The position numbers were made by a program, and so were the translations under genes. Shown in pieces: positions 10,045-19,701 of a DNA stretch of 64,000 nucleotides (its first letter is position 1; each line of letters opens with the position of its first letter). This DNA is from Longimicrobiales bacterium. Lineage in GTDB: Bacteria; Gemmatimonadota; Gemmatimonadetes; Longimicrobiales; Gaopeijiaceae. The notes beneath the pieces were generated by a model, which saw only the letters and a list, made by a program, of their open reading frames with translations, did not search any database and was not told where the DNA came from. The stretch is taken from positions 3,872,001 through 3,936,000 of the forward strand of contig OZ242008.1 of assembly GCA_965204735.1 (NCBI GenBank), read 5' to 3'.

Positions 10045-11091
10045 CTACACCCGCGCCGCGATCCAGTCGCCCACTTCTCGGGTCGCGGCGGTTCCTCCCA
10101 GGTCCGGCGTCGTCACGCCCGCTTCCAGCGAAGCCAGCGCCGCCGCCTCCACGTCGTCGCCGGCCCCCTTGCACCCCAGCCACTCCAGCAGGAGCGCGAC
10201 GCAGAGGACGGCCGCCAGCGGGTTCGCCGCGCCCGTGCCCGCAATGTCCGGCGCCGAACCGTGCGTCGGTTCGAAGAGGGCCCACGAGCCGGGATGGAGG
10301 TTGGCCGACGGCGCCAGCCCCAGCCCGCCGGCGATCTGGGCCGCCAAGTCGCTGAGGATGTCGCCGAAGAGGTTGGAGGCGACCACGACTTGGTACCGCT
10401 GCGGGCGGCGCACCAAGTCCATGGCCATGGCGTCCACGTAGACGGCGTCGCGGCGGATCTCCGGCCACTCGGCGCCGACCTCGTGGAAGACGCGCCGCCA
10501 GAGGGCTCCTTCGTGCTCCAGGGCGTTGGCCTTGTCCACCAGCGCGACCCGGTCCCGACCCGTGCGGTCCGCGTGCTCGAACGCCGCCCGGACGATCCGC
10601 TCCACGCCCTTCCAGGTGTTCACGCTCTCTTGGACGGCGATCTCGTCGGGGGTCCCGGCCTTGAACCGACCGCCCACGCCGGCGTACAGCCCCTCCGTGT
10701 TCTCCCGGAAGAAGGTCACGTCGATGCCGCCGGGCGGGACATGCTTCAGCGGGCAAAGGGACGGCAGAAGGAGCCGGCACGGGCGGTAGTTGACGTACAG
10801 GTCGGCGTGAAAGCGGAGGCCCAGCAGGATGTCGCGGGCGTGGACGTTGTCGGGGACGCGGGGGTCGCCCATGGCCCCCAGCAGGGCGGCGTCGTATTCG
10901 CCCACCAGGCGATCGCGCGCCTCGGGGGTCAAGGTGGTCCCGTCTTGGAGGTAGCGGTCGGCCCCCAGGTCCCACGAGTCCAAGGCGACCTTCAGGCCGT
11001 GCTTGCCGGCGGCGGCCTCCAGCACGGGAAGCGCCGCCGCGACCACTTCCGGGCCGATCCCGTCGCCTCCGATCACCGCGACTCGCTTCAC
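10045..11091 (-). CDS. Isocitrate/isopropylmalate dehydrogenase family protein
   Basis: GDGIGPEV, RENTEGLY, NLFGDILSDL, EPTHGSAPDIAG; substrate not resolved. Confidence 0.9.
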   Translation of the reverse strand: MKRVAVIGGDGIGPEVVAAALPVLEAAAGKHGLKVALDSWDLGADRYLQDGTTLTPEARDRLVGEYDAALLGAMGDPRVPDNVHARDILLGLRFHADLYVNYRPCRLLLPSLCPLKHVPPGGIDVTFFRENTEGLYAGVGGRFKAGTPDEIAVQESVNTWKGVERIVRAAFEHADRTGRDRVALVDKANALEHEGALWRRVFHEVGAEWPEIRRDAVYVDAMAMDLVRRPQRYQVVVASNLFGDILSDLAAQIAGGLGLAPSANLHPGSWALFEPTHGSAPDIAGTGAANPLAAVLCVALLLEWLGCKGAGDDVEAAALASLEAGVTTPDLGGTAATREVGDWIAARV

Positions 11092-11128
11092 GGCGTTCCG
11101 CGGCGCCCCGCCCGTGCCCGAGCCCGTC

Positions 11129-11575
11129 TTACGGCACCCTCCCGAACATCAAGCTGCACCGAGGGCAGTACCACTCCTGGCCGCGCCGAACCAAGGCGGG
11201 TCCCAGCTCCGCACGCGGGCACATGGGCTCCAGGCCTTCGTCGGCTTGAGCCCGCACTTTCTTCCGCTCGCGCCAGGTGCTGCGCCGCAACGGCAGCTGG
11301 AAGCGCAAGGTGGAGATCTTGCATTCGAAGAGGACCGTGCTGGTTCCGTTGGGCTCGGCGCGGGTCCCTAGGCTCTCCAGGAAGCCCCCCATCGGCGACG
11401 GCACTTGGCGTCCGCTGCAGTGCAGGCGCTCCGCCTTGTCCACGTCGGGCAGCTCCGTGGCCCCGAAGCCGACCGACTCGCGCATCTTCTTCGGAACGAA
11501 GCGCTTCTTCGCCCCCATCTTCCTTCCCGCCGACCGCTTCTCGCCCGACGCGGTCTTCGCCGGGTCGCTGCTCAA
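11129..11575 (-). CDS. Hypothetical protein with C-terminal Cys motifs (possible Zn ribbon)
   Basis: TTGA overlap with upstream stop; MCPR...WYCPRCS. Confidence 0.6.
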   Translation of the reverse strand: MSSDPAKTASGEKRSAGRKMGAKKRFVPKKMRESVGFGATELPDVDKAERLHCSGRQVPSPMGGFLESLGTRAEPNGTSTVLFECKISTLRFQLPLRRSTWRERKKVRAQADEGLEPMCPRAELGPALVRRGQEWYCPRCSLMFGRVP

Positions 11576-12690
11576 GCCGACCTCTCGAACACGTAGGCCG
11601 AGTCCTCGTGGCGCGCCTCCTGTCCCTCCACGCACACGGCGAAGCTCGCTCCCGACCAGATCGCCGCGCCGCCGTACTCGCCGTTCTTGTTCACGGCGTA
11701 GTAGTTGACGTTGTAGTTGGGGCGACCCTCTTCGTCCTGGAGCCTCGGCTCGACGGTGAAGGTCGCAATGCGTCGGAGCGCCTCCAGGCACGCGTCGGTG
11801 GGGGACATGCCGGAGCGCATCAGCTCCACAACGGTGTGGGAGCCGCAGGTCTTGATGACGGCTTCTCCGCGACCCGTCGAGCCGCAGGCGCCCACGTCGT
11901 TGTCCACGTACAGCCCTGCGCCCACGATCGGCGAGTCGCCCACCCGGCCCGGCACCTTCCACGCCAAGCCCGACGTAGTGGTGACTCCCGACAGGTCGCC
12001 GTCGCCGTTGACGACGTTGCAGTTGATCGTGCCTTGGGGGCGCACGCCGTCGTGGGAATCGAGAAGGCCGCTGCCGTAGTCCTCCGGGTTCTCCGAGGGC
12101 TCGCGAGCGTGCCCCGTCTCTTCGGGCGTCAGGTAGTCGTCCGTGCTGCTCATCCTGGCCCGCCATTCGATCCAGCGCCGTCGGGCCCGCTCCGTCAGGA
12201 GGTTCTCCAGTCGGTGGCCCATGGAGACGGCGAAGCGCTGGGCGCCTTGGCCCACGAGGAGGACGTGGTCCGTATGGCGCATCACGTCCACCGCCACGAG
12301 CGACGGGGTCTTGATCCCTTCCAGGCACGCGACTGCGCCGGCGCCTCGGGTCGGACCGTGCATGACCGACGAGTCCAGCTGCACCGCCCCGTCCAGGTTG
12401 GGCAGCCCGCCGAAGCCGACGCTCGTGTCGTTGGGGTCGCGCTCGACGGCGTTCACGCCCTGGACGACGCCGTCGAGGGTGTCGCCCCCTTCGGCCGCGA
12501 CCCGGACCGCGGTGGCCACGGACTCGAGGCCGTTGCGACTGGCGACGGAAACGGGCACGACCTGGCTCCGGCGGATGAACGGCGCGCCGGCCAGCGTCCT
12601 GGCGGCCACCGACTCTGCCGAGCTTGCGCCCACGACGGCGCCTAGGCTGGCTCCTGCGGAAGTCTTCAGAAAGTCGCGACGGCAGGTCAT
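11572..12690 (-). CDS. N(4)-(beta-N-acetylglucosaminyl)-L-asparaginase / Ntn asparaginase-2 family, TAT signal
   Basis: RRDFLK signal; SVGFGGLPN, GTINC nucleophile Thr, GRVGDSPIVGAG, TGRGE. Confidence 0.88.
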   Translation of the reverse strand: MTCRRDFLKTSAGASLGAVVGASSAESVAARTLAGAPFIRRSQVVPVSVASRNGLESVATAVRVAAEGGDTLDGVVQGVNAVERDPNDTSVGFGGLPNLDGAVQLDSSVMHGPTRGAGAVACLEGIKTPSLVAVDVMRHTDHVLLVGQGAQRFAVSMGHRLENLLTERARRRWIEWRARMSSTDDYLTPEETGHAREPSENPEDYGSGLLDSHDGVRPQGTINCNVVNGDGDLSGVTTTSGLAWKVPGRVGDSPIVGAGLYVDNDVGACGSTGRGEAVIKTCGSHTVVELMRSGMSPTDACLEALRRIATFTVEPRLQDEEGRPNYNVNYYAVNKNGEYGGAAIWSGASFAVCVEGQEARHEDSAYVFERSA

Positions 12691-12897
12691 GAGGTCACTC
12701 CTTTTGTCGAGGCGCGCTCGTTCTCCTCGTTCGTGGTGACCGCCAGGCTCGTCCCAGCGGTCGGTGTCGGCGGTTACGGCGAGCGGCGCCCGGAGCCGCG
12801 GGTGGAAGTAGCCAGCATGAAAGCTTTGCCCCACGGGCTCTCGATCCGGTCACGCGGCTCGCCGTCCGCCGCTGGCGGACCAGCCGTTGGGGGTCGG

Positions 12898-13272
12898 TCA
12901 GGCTTCCAGGGGCTCTGCCAGAACGTCCTGCGCCGCGATTCCCTGCGGGACCGTGTCCTGGTTGGGCCCGTCCTGGAGGGCGACGTCCGGCGAGGCGGCG
13001 TCCGACGGGACGGCCTCGTCCAGGCCGTTGCCCTCCTCCTTCGGTCTTTCGTGCTTGAGGCGCGAGATCACCGGCTTGCAGAACTGCAGGCCGACCTTCT
13101 TCAGGTGAAAGAGTTCCTTTTCGCCCAGGTCCGGATATCGCTCCGCCAGGTACCCCATGGTCTCGGTCATCCACGAGTCCTGGTCGGCCGGAGTGGCCTT
13201 GAGGACCCCGCAACGGTGGATATGACTGAACAGTTCGTCCCGCGCCCGGTCGATGGGCTGTTGCTTCGCCAT
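12898..13272 (-). CDS. Hypothetical protein
   Basis: AGGAGG RBS; ordered N-terminal ~70 aa and acidic tail. Confidence 0.7.
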   Translation of the reverse strand: MAKQQPIDRARDELFSHIHRCGVLKATPADQDSWMTETMGYLAERYPDLGEKELFHLKKVGLQFCKPVISRLKHERPKEEGNGLDEAVPSDAASPDVALQDGPNQDTVPQGIAAQDVLAEPLEA

Positions 13273-13367
13273 CGCTCCTCCTAGTTATTGGTGGTTCGGG
13301 TCCGACGCGCCGGCGGCGGCAAGCCACCGGGTTCGGGCAAGTCCATAAGGTACGCCTAGAGCTTCGG

Positions 13368-15176
13368 ATGGCAAGCAACGACGGGCAAGTCAATGCCTCC
13401 ATGGGACGGAGGCGAAGGCGGAGCGCGATGGAGCGGGGAACGGCGGCCGTTGCGGCCCCAACGGGCTCGGCAGAGCCAGCCGGCGCGGCGGCCCTGACCA
13501 GCACGGCGGCCCGGACCGGCGGGGCGGCCCCAACCGGCGCGCAGCAGAGCCCACAGGTCGATCCCGTCGTCCTGGAGGTGTTTCGGCACCTCTTCACGGC
13601 CTTGGCGGAGGAGATGGGCGCCGCCCTGAAGCGCGCTTCCTTCTCGCCCAACATCAAGGAACGGCGGGACTACTCGTGCGCCCTCTTCGACGCGGACGGC
13701 ACGGCAGTCGCCTTGGGTGACCACATGCCGGTGCACCTGGGCGCCATGCCCATGAGCGTGACTGCGGCTCTGGACGCCTTGGGCCGGCTCGACCCGGGCG
13801 ACGTGGCCTGCCTGAACGACCCATTCGAGGGCGGGACCCACCTGCCCGACGTGACGCTGCTGGCGCCGGTGCACGCGCCCGGTGCGTCCGGTGCGCCCGA
13901 CCGCGGCGCCGAGCCCGTCGCCTTCGTGGCCTCGCGGGCGCACCACTCGGACGTGGGCGGGATGTCTCCCGGCTCCATGCCCCTTGCTCGCGAGATCTTC
14001 CAGGAAGGGCTCCGCATCCCCCCGGTGCGGCTCTACCGCCGGGGCGTCCGCGACGCCGACCTGTGGCGGACGATCCTGGCCAACGTGCGCACGCCCGAGG
14101 AGCGGGCCGGGGACTTGGACGCCCAGCTGGCCGCCCTCCACGCGGGCAGCGCTCGCCTCCTCGAGATCGCGGGCGCCCGGGGCCTTCCCCTGACCCAGGC
14201 GGCAATGAAGGCGCTGGTCGAGTACGCCGACCGCCTGGTGGAAGCGGGGCTCGAGCGGATCCCCGACGGGACCTACCGCGCCGCCGACTGCCTGGACGAC
14301 GACGGGTTCGGCTCGGGACCCCAGTGGATCCGTGTGGCGCTGGAGGTGCGCGGGCGCCGGCTCGTGGTGGACTTCGCCGGCACCGCGCCGCAGGCGGAGG
14401 GCGGGATCAACGCGGTGGCCGCGATCACGGCGTCGGCGACCCGGTACGTGGTCCGTTGCGTGGTGGAAGCCCTGCTGGGCGAATCCCTGCCCGCCGGCGG
14501 CGGCTCCATGCGGCCGGTGGAGATCCGGATGCCCGAAGGATCGCTGGTGAACGCGCGGCCGCCGGCTTCGGTCGCCGCCGGGAACGTGGAGACGAGCCAG
14601 CGGATCACCGACGTCCTGATGCTCGCCTTCGCCGAGGCTCTCCCGGAGGCGATGCCCGCCCTCTCCCAAGGAACGATGAACAACACGACCATGGGCGGCG
14701 TCGATCCGCGAACCGGAGGAGCGTTCGCCTACTACGAGACCGTGGGCGGCGGAATGGGCGCGGGGCCGGAAGGGCCGGGGCTGTCGGGCGTGCACTGCCA
14801 CATGTCCAACTCGCTCAACACTCCGGTGGAAGCGCTGGAGCACGCCTACCCCTTCCGGGTGACGCGCTACGAGCTTCGGCGGGGGAGCGGCGGAGCGGGA
14901 GCGCACCGCGGCGGCGACGGGTTGCGCCGAGACGTCATGCTGCTGGCCGACGCCTCGGTGACCCTGCTTTCCGACCGGCGGCGGCGGGGGCCGGCCGGAG
15001 TCCGGGGAGGCGAGGCCGGGGCGCCGGGCGCGAACGCCCTGATCCGCGACGGAGTCGAGTCGCCGATGGAGGGAAAGGACACCAAGCGCGTGAAGGCTGG
15101 CGACGTGGTGAGCGTGCGATCGCCCGGCGGGGGGGGCTGGGGGGGCTCGCCGGAAGGGGCCGAAGACTCTTCGTGA
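13368..15176 (+). CDS. Hydantoinase B / 5-oxoprolinase family protein
   Basis: SPNIKERRDYSCALF, NDPFEGGTHLPD, YYETVGGGMGA, NTPVEALE; true start probably downstream of 13368. Confidence 0.9.
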   Translation: MASNDGQVNASMGRRRRRSAMERGTAAVAAPTGSAEPAGAAALTSTAARTGGAAPTGAQQSPQVDPVVLEVFRHLFTALAEEMGAALKRASFSPNIKERRDYSCALFDADGTAVALGDHMPVHLGAMPMSVTAALDALGRLDPGDVACLNDPFEGGTHLPDVTLLAPVHAPGASGAPDRGAEPVAFVASRAHHSDVGGMSPGSMPLAREIFQEGLRIPPVRLYRRGVRDADLWRTILANVRTPEERAGDLDAQLAALHAGSARLLEIAGARGLPLTQAAMKALVEYADRLVEAGLERIPDGTYRAADCLDDDGFGSGPQWIRVALEVRGRRLVVDFAGTAPQAEGGINAVAAITASATRYVVRCVVEALLGESLPAGGGSMRPVEIRMPEGSLVNARPPASVAAGNVETSQRITDVLMLAFAEALPEAMPALSQGTMNNTTMGGVDPRTGGAFAYYETVGGGMGAGPEGPGLSGVHCHMSNSLNTPVEALEHAYPFRVTRYELRRGSGGAGAHRGGDGLRRDVMLLADASVTLLSDRRRRGPAGVRGGEAGAPGANALIRDGVESPMEGKDTKRVKAGDVVSVRSPGGGGWGGSPEGAEDSS

Positions 15177-15580
15177 GGCTGCTGGCCTCGGCGTTGTGCG
15201 ATCACGCGTCCGCCGGCCCCGACGGCAAGTTGGAGATGCGCGGGGTCTTCCACGACCTCTACGCGCCGGGCTTTCCGGCCCGCCAGGAGCGGATGGTCCT
15301 GGTCCTGGCCGTCGAGTGGGACCGGGAGGACGAGGGGCGCTACTCCTTCCGGATCGACGTGACCGGCCCCGACGGGCGGCCGACGCTCACGGTGGAGGGC
15401 CAGTCGGACGTGACGCCGCGCCCGCCGGACCGGCCGCCGCCCCGGACCCGCCTGGCCATGCCCCTGGAGGAGGTGGTCTTCCCCGTGCCGGGCCGGTACG
15501 ACTTCCAGGTCAAGCTCAAGGGCCGGACCTTGCAGGGGCCCACGCTGTACTTGGTGGAGACAAAGGAGGAGGGGCCGTAG
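15173..15580 (+). CDS. Conserved hypothetical protein (DUF6941-like beta-sandwich)
   Basis: GTGA overlap; LCDHA...GKL..GVF...YA..FP pattern and FP.PG.Y.F.V. Confidence 0.65.
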   Translation: MRLLASALCDHASAGPDGKLEMRGVFHDLYAPGFPARQERMVLVLAVEWDREDEGRYSFRIDVTGPDGRPTLTVEGQSDVTPRPPDRPPPRTRLAMPLEEVVFPVPGRYDFQVKLKGRTLQGPTLYLVETKEEGP

Positions 15581-15656
15581 GAAACGCCCACTTGCGCCCA
15601 ATCCTGCGTGCTGCTTCAGGCCGACCGCACGTCGGCCTCGATGTCGTCGAGAGCGG

Positions 15657-16601
15657 TCATTCGCCGATACCGATTCGTCGCTCGATCAAGTCTGCGAATT
15701 CTACCTTCAGTTCTATTCCAACCCATCGGCGCTTCAGCTGTTGTGCTGCAATCAACGTGGTTCCCGAGCCGGCAAAGGGATCCAAGACGACGGCATGCTC
15801 GTGGCTTGTGATCTCGATGCATCGGCGGGCAAGAGTCATGGGCATGACAGCCGGATGATCGACATCCATGGCAAAGCGACGGGGCGACGTGGGAATATCC
15901 CACACCGTACGCAAGCGACGATCGTTGGGGCCACGCACGGCGTCGACGTTGTAGTAGTACGACTGGCTTTTCGAGAACAGGAATACGGTCTCGTGGGACT
16001 TGGTAGGTCGATCCCTGACCGACTCCGGATGGGCGTTGGGCTTGTGCCAAATGACCTCCGACCGAAGCCACCAGCCAGCCTCTTGAAGCAAGAATGCAAT
16101 TCGCCATGGCACGCCAATGAGGTCCTTGGCCTTCAGTCCCTGGGGGGTGGGCGGGCGCACCGACATGGCTCGCACGCGATTCTTGCGATCGGGCGCTCGG
16201 TATCGTCGGCTCCCCGAAGTGTACACGTCCCCAACGTTCAGCCAAACCGTACCGTCGCTGCGCAGCACTCGCCTTAGCTTGTCGAATGTCTGAACAAGGC
16301 GGGCCAAGTAGGCATCCAGCGTGTCGTCTCTTCCCAGCTGCTGGCCTACGTCGTAGTCGCGCAAGGACCAGTAGGGCGGAGACGTGACGACAGTCTGTAC
16401 ACTTTCGTCGGCCAGAAGGTCAAGCCCTGCCGAGGCATCGCCGCAGATCAGCACGGAATCGTCGTGACGCCGAACCTCCGGAGCTTGTTGCGAGAGCAAT
16501 CCGAGATCCAGCATTGGCTGTCCCGTCGGCACGGCGGCGATCACGTCAGAACGGCGTACCATGCTCGACGGTCGCAAGCAAGCCGCTCGCCCTCCGTTCA
16601 T
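15657..16601 (-). CDS. Site-specific DNA methyltransferase (N4/N6 family, beta-class motif order)
   Basis: TSPPYW catalytic motif before VLDPFAGSGTT SAM-binding motif; WHKPN; start could be 16601, 16562 or 16514. Confidence 0.9.
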   Translation of the reverse strand: MNGGRAACLRPSSMVRRSDVIAAVPTGQPMLDLGLLSQQAPEVRRHDDSVLICGDASAGLDLLADESVQTVVTSPPYWSLRDYDVGQQLGRDDTLDAYLARLVQTFDKLRRVLRSDGTVWLNVGDVYTSGSRRYRAPDRKNRVRAMSVRPPTPQGLKAKDLIGVPWRIAFLLQEAGWWLRSEVIWHKPNAHPESVRDRPTKSHETVFLFSKSQSYYYNVDAVRGPNDRRLRTVWDIPTSPRRFAMDVDHPAVMPMTLARRCIEITSHEHAVVLDPFAGSGTTLIAAQQLKRRWVGIELKVEFADLIERRIGIGE

Positions 16602-17122
16602 CCCCACCATCCCGCGGCCTTCGACGCCAGGGCCGCGAAGCCTGCCGCGGCGCCCATCGCCGCCTCGTACTCCTTGTTGCGGACGTAGCGTCCCATGGAG
16701 AAGGACGTGGAGTCGGGGTCGGAGCGGCCGCGGTAGGGGACCGGCCTCGGGACGAACAACGGAACGGCGTGGCGGTAGTGGGCGTAGTCGTCGCCGAAGC
16801 GCGCCTCCATGTCGCTTGCTTCCTGCTTCATGGTCTCGCCGTACACCCATGCGAAGAAGGCTGCGACCAGCGGGACGAACCAGAGGACGCCACCGGCGGC
16901 TGCGGCCCCGACTCCCACGACGAAGCTGCCGAAGTATAGGGGGTTGCGCGTGAAGGCGTAGGGGCCGGAGACCGCCAGCTTCCGATCCTTTTCGAGCACG
17001 CCCGCCGCCCAAGCGCGGATGCCCAGGCCCTTCAGGACGAGCGCACCGCCGACGAGCAGAGAAGTCGGACCGGGGCGCGCCAGCCAGAAGAAGCAGGCCG
17101 CCAGGAGCCAAGCCACCGGCAT
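16598..17122 (-). CDS. Isoprenylcysteine carboxylmethyltransferase / PEMT family membrane protein
   Basis: SGPYAFTRNPLYFG, E..M.ARFGDDY..Y...VP.F.P. Confidence 0.85.
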   Translation of the reverse strand: MPVAWLLAACFFWLARPGPTSLLVGGALVLKGLGIRAWAAGVLEKDRKLAVSGPYAFTRNPLYFGSFVVGVGAAAAGGVLWFVPLVAAFFAWVYGETMKQEASDMEARFGDDYAHYRHAVPLFVPRPVPYRGRSDPDSTSFSMGRYVRNKEYEAAMGAAAGFAALASKAAGWWG

Positions 17123-17151
17123 CCGCAGCCGCCGAACTCCGGTTCGTCGCG

Positions 17152-18678
17152 TCAGGGGGCTCCGCCCGACGATCCCGCCACGATCTCTTCCAGGTGCAGG
17201 GAGAGCGTTCCAACCAGCGGCAAGGCGGTCTGCATGTAGACGACCAGCCGGCGCTCGTCGTCGGAGAAGTGTATCTCCGCTTCGCCGCCTTCGGAGAAGA
17301 GGCCGCGGGTCTTGATCACGGGCCGCACCACGATCGTGTTGAACTCGCCGGCGCCCACTTTGCGCCGGTCCTTGCGCAACACCTCGAGCACCACGGGGTT
17401 GCCTTCGTCCTTGAAGTAGCGGTTGAAGGTGTAGGTCTTGCCGACCTCCAGCGGCAGGGTGCGCGCGAAGTAGACGAAGGAGACGTCGTCGAGGGGAAAC
17501 GAAGTGGGCAGTGGAGCCACGGTGTCGTAGTCGATCCGATGCCACTGCCGTTCCTCGGGGAAGAAGTCGTACTCCCGGTAGCGCTTTCGGCCCCCTTCGT
17601 GCTGGTCCTTCAGGAAGCGGCGGGACGCCAGCGTCTGCACGTCCATCCACGAGTAGAACTTGGAGTCGATCTTGTAGCCCAGCGCCCCCCCTTGGATGTG
17701 CCACTCGGCGGCGTAGGCGGGCACGCCGCGCACCGTGTCGATGCGGGGGACGCTCATCCGGCCCTCGCCGACCGTGAACGCGAAGACTTTGACCTTGTAC
17801 CTCAGGTCCTCGCCGAGCTCGAAGGGGATCCCGGGGACGGCGCGCGAAGGGGCGGCCACCGAGTCGAGGAGGAGCGGCGTCGCGGCGGCGGCCGCGGCCT
17901 TCGGCACGACCTGGGCCGCCGCAACGCCCTGCGACGCGAGCGACAGCGCGGCAGCCAGCGCGAGCGCGGCAACCGAGGCTCCGCGCAGGCGCAGAAGCTG
18001 GAAGACGGTGGGCACCAGGCGAACGCGGGTTCGGCGGTGGCGGATGTCGTACCGGAGGCCGACGGGGACTTCGGCGACACGCCGGGCGAAGGGCGCCAGA
18101 GCGGCCAGCAGCTGGGCGTTGGCGGCCCAGCCCGAGCGGGTCAGGAGGGAGCCGTCGCGGGCGGCGGCCACGGCCTTTCGGATCACGACCGCCCGGTAGG
18201 CCCGAAAGCCGCAAAGCGGGTCCGCCGGACGCTCGCCCAGGGCCGCGCCTCCGGCCCGACGAGCCAGTCTGACCGGCCACGGCGCCTTCGGTTCGCCGCC
18301 GCCCGGCCTGCCGGCCACGATGTCGGCCCCGCCTTCAAAGGTCTTGACGATCGCCCGCAAGTCGTCCGGGTGCTCGGTGAAGTCGCCCTGCATGACCACG
18401 ATCGCGTCCCGCTTGGGGTAGTCGGTGCACTCGGCGGCCGTGCGGAGGAGCCTCTCGACCGCTGGGCCGTACCCGATGGGACGCCGTTCCCGCAGCACGG
18501 TCAGGGGCAGGACGCGCCGGTACCTCTCCAGCAGCTTCCGGGTTCCGTCCCGGGAAGCGTCGTCCAGGACGCAGATGCGGTAGTCCCTGCCGAGATCCAG
18601 CATGACTTCGCGGATCTTCCACAGGAGGACGCCGATCGTCCGGTCCTCGTCTCGGGCGGGGATGCAGATGTGGATCAT
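17152..18678 (-). CDS. GT2-like glycosyltransferase domain fused in frame to a DUF3108-like domain
   Basis: N-terminal ICIPARDE...VLDDASRDGT; internal signal-like hydrophobic stretch; C-terminal GEDLRYKV...VGAGEF.T..VRP. Confidence 0.7.
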   Translation of the reverse strand: MIHICIPARDEDRTIGVLLWKIREVMLDLGRDYRICVLDDASRDGTRKLLERYRRVLPLTVLRERRPIGYGPAVERLLRTAAECTDYPKRDAIVVMQGDFTEHPDDLRAIVKTFEGGADIVAGRPGGGEPKAPWPVRLARRAGGAALGERPADPLCGFRAYRAVVIRKAVAAARDGSLLTRSGWAANAQLLAALAPFARRVAEVPVGLRYDIRHRRTRVRLVPTVFQLLRLRGASVAALALAAALSLASQGVAAAQVVPKAAAAAATPLLLDSVAAPSRAVPGIPFELGEDLRYKVKVFAFTVGEGRMSVPRIDTVRGVPAYAAEWHIQGGALGYKIDSKFYSWMDVQTLASRRFLKDQHEGGRKRYREYDFFPEERQWHRIDYDTVAPLPTSFPLDDVSFVYFARTLPLEVGKTYTFNRYFKDEGNPVVLEVLRKDRRKVGAGEFNTIVVRPVIKTRGLFSEGGEAEIHFSDDERRLVVYMQTALPLVGTLSLHLEEIVAGSSGGAP

Positions 18679-18753
18679 AGGTCAATATACCCTACGGTCG
18701 GCAGGAAGTTCCCGGTTGCCCAACTTTCGCGGACCGCCTCGCCGTTCGCGAGC

Positions 18754-19701
18754 CTACGGCAAGGACTGCCCGCTCCCCGCGCTCGCTTCCGGCGGCGGGG
18801 TCTTCCAGCGACGGTGATGCCAGAAGTACTGCTCCGGATGCTCCCGCACGCGGGCTTCCAGCCGGCTGGTGAACGCTTGCGTCAGGGCGGCCACCTTCGC
18901 GGCCAGCGCCGCTGAGCGCCCGCCGACCTGGGGCGCCTCCACCTCCTCGATCCGCACTTCGTAGCGGGGCGGGCTGCCTGGGAGCCGGAGCGAGAACAAG
19001 GTGGTCAGCGCGGCCCCGGCCCGGACGGTCAGCAGCGCCGGGCCTCGGGCGGTCGCCGCCGGGCGGCCGAAGAAGTCCACGAAGATTCCGGCGCGGCGGG
19101 CGTCCTGGTCGCCGAGGATGCCGATCACTCGTCCGGAGCGGAGCGAAGCCAGCACGCGGGGGCGGGCCTCGCCCCGAGGGATCACGGTCAGTCCCAGTCC
19201 CTCGCGGGCCCGGGTCAGGCGCGCGTCGAAGAGAGGGTTGCGCTGTCGCGCCGCCACCACGTCGACGGGAAGGCCCCTGGCGGCGATGGCCGCGGCGCCG
19301 ACTTCCCAGTTCCCCAGGTGCCCGGTGACCACCGTCACGCCACGGCCTTCCCGCGTGGGCCGTTCGAGGAACTCGAGCCCGGACACGCGAGTGCGCGCCC
19401 GTATCTCCTTCGCGCCCAAGCGGGCGAGCCGGAAGACCGCCACGGCCTCGGCGCCCAGGTGAACGTAGCACCGGCGGGCCACGTCCCGCCGCCACGACTC
19501 GGAGGCGTCGGGGAACGCCGCGGCGAGCTGGGCGGTCACCACGTCCCAGCGGGGGCGGCCCAGGCGAGCGGCGGTCCACCCCAGAGAGGCCCCGACCCGG
19601 TCCGCAAGCCGTTCCGGCGCGGCGTTGCACGCGCCCGAGAACAGGCGGAAGGCACCGTACTCCAGCCGGTGGCGGATCGCGGCGGGCGCCCGGCGGCTCA
19701 T
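18754..19701 (-). CDS. Lipid A biosynthesis acyltransferase (LpxL/HtrB family)
   Basis: GHLGNWE, ILGDQD, PEQYFWHHRRWK. Confidence 0.9.
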   Translation of the reverse strand: MSRRAPAAIRHRLEYGAFRLFSGACNAAPERLADRVGASLGWTAARLGRPRWDVVTAQLAAAFPDASESWRRDVARRCYVHLGAEAVAVFRLARLGAKEIRARTRVSGLEFLERPTREGRGVTVVTGHLGNWEVGAAAIAARGLPVDVVAARQRNPLFDARLTRAREGLGLTVIPRGEARPRVLASLRSGRVIGILGDQDARRAGIFVDFFGRPAATARGPALLTVRAGAALTTLFSLRLPGSPPRYEVRIEEVEAPQVGGRSAALAAKVAALTQAFTSRLEARVREHPEQYFWHHRRWKTPPPEASAGSGQSLP

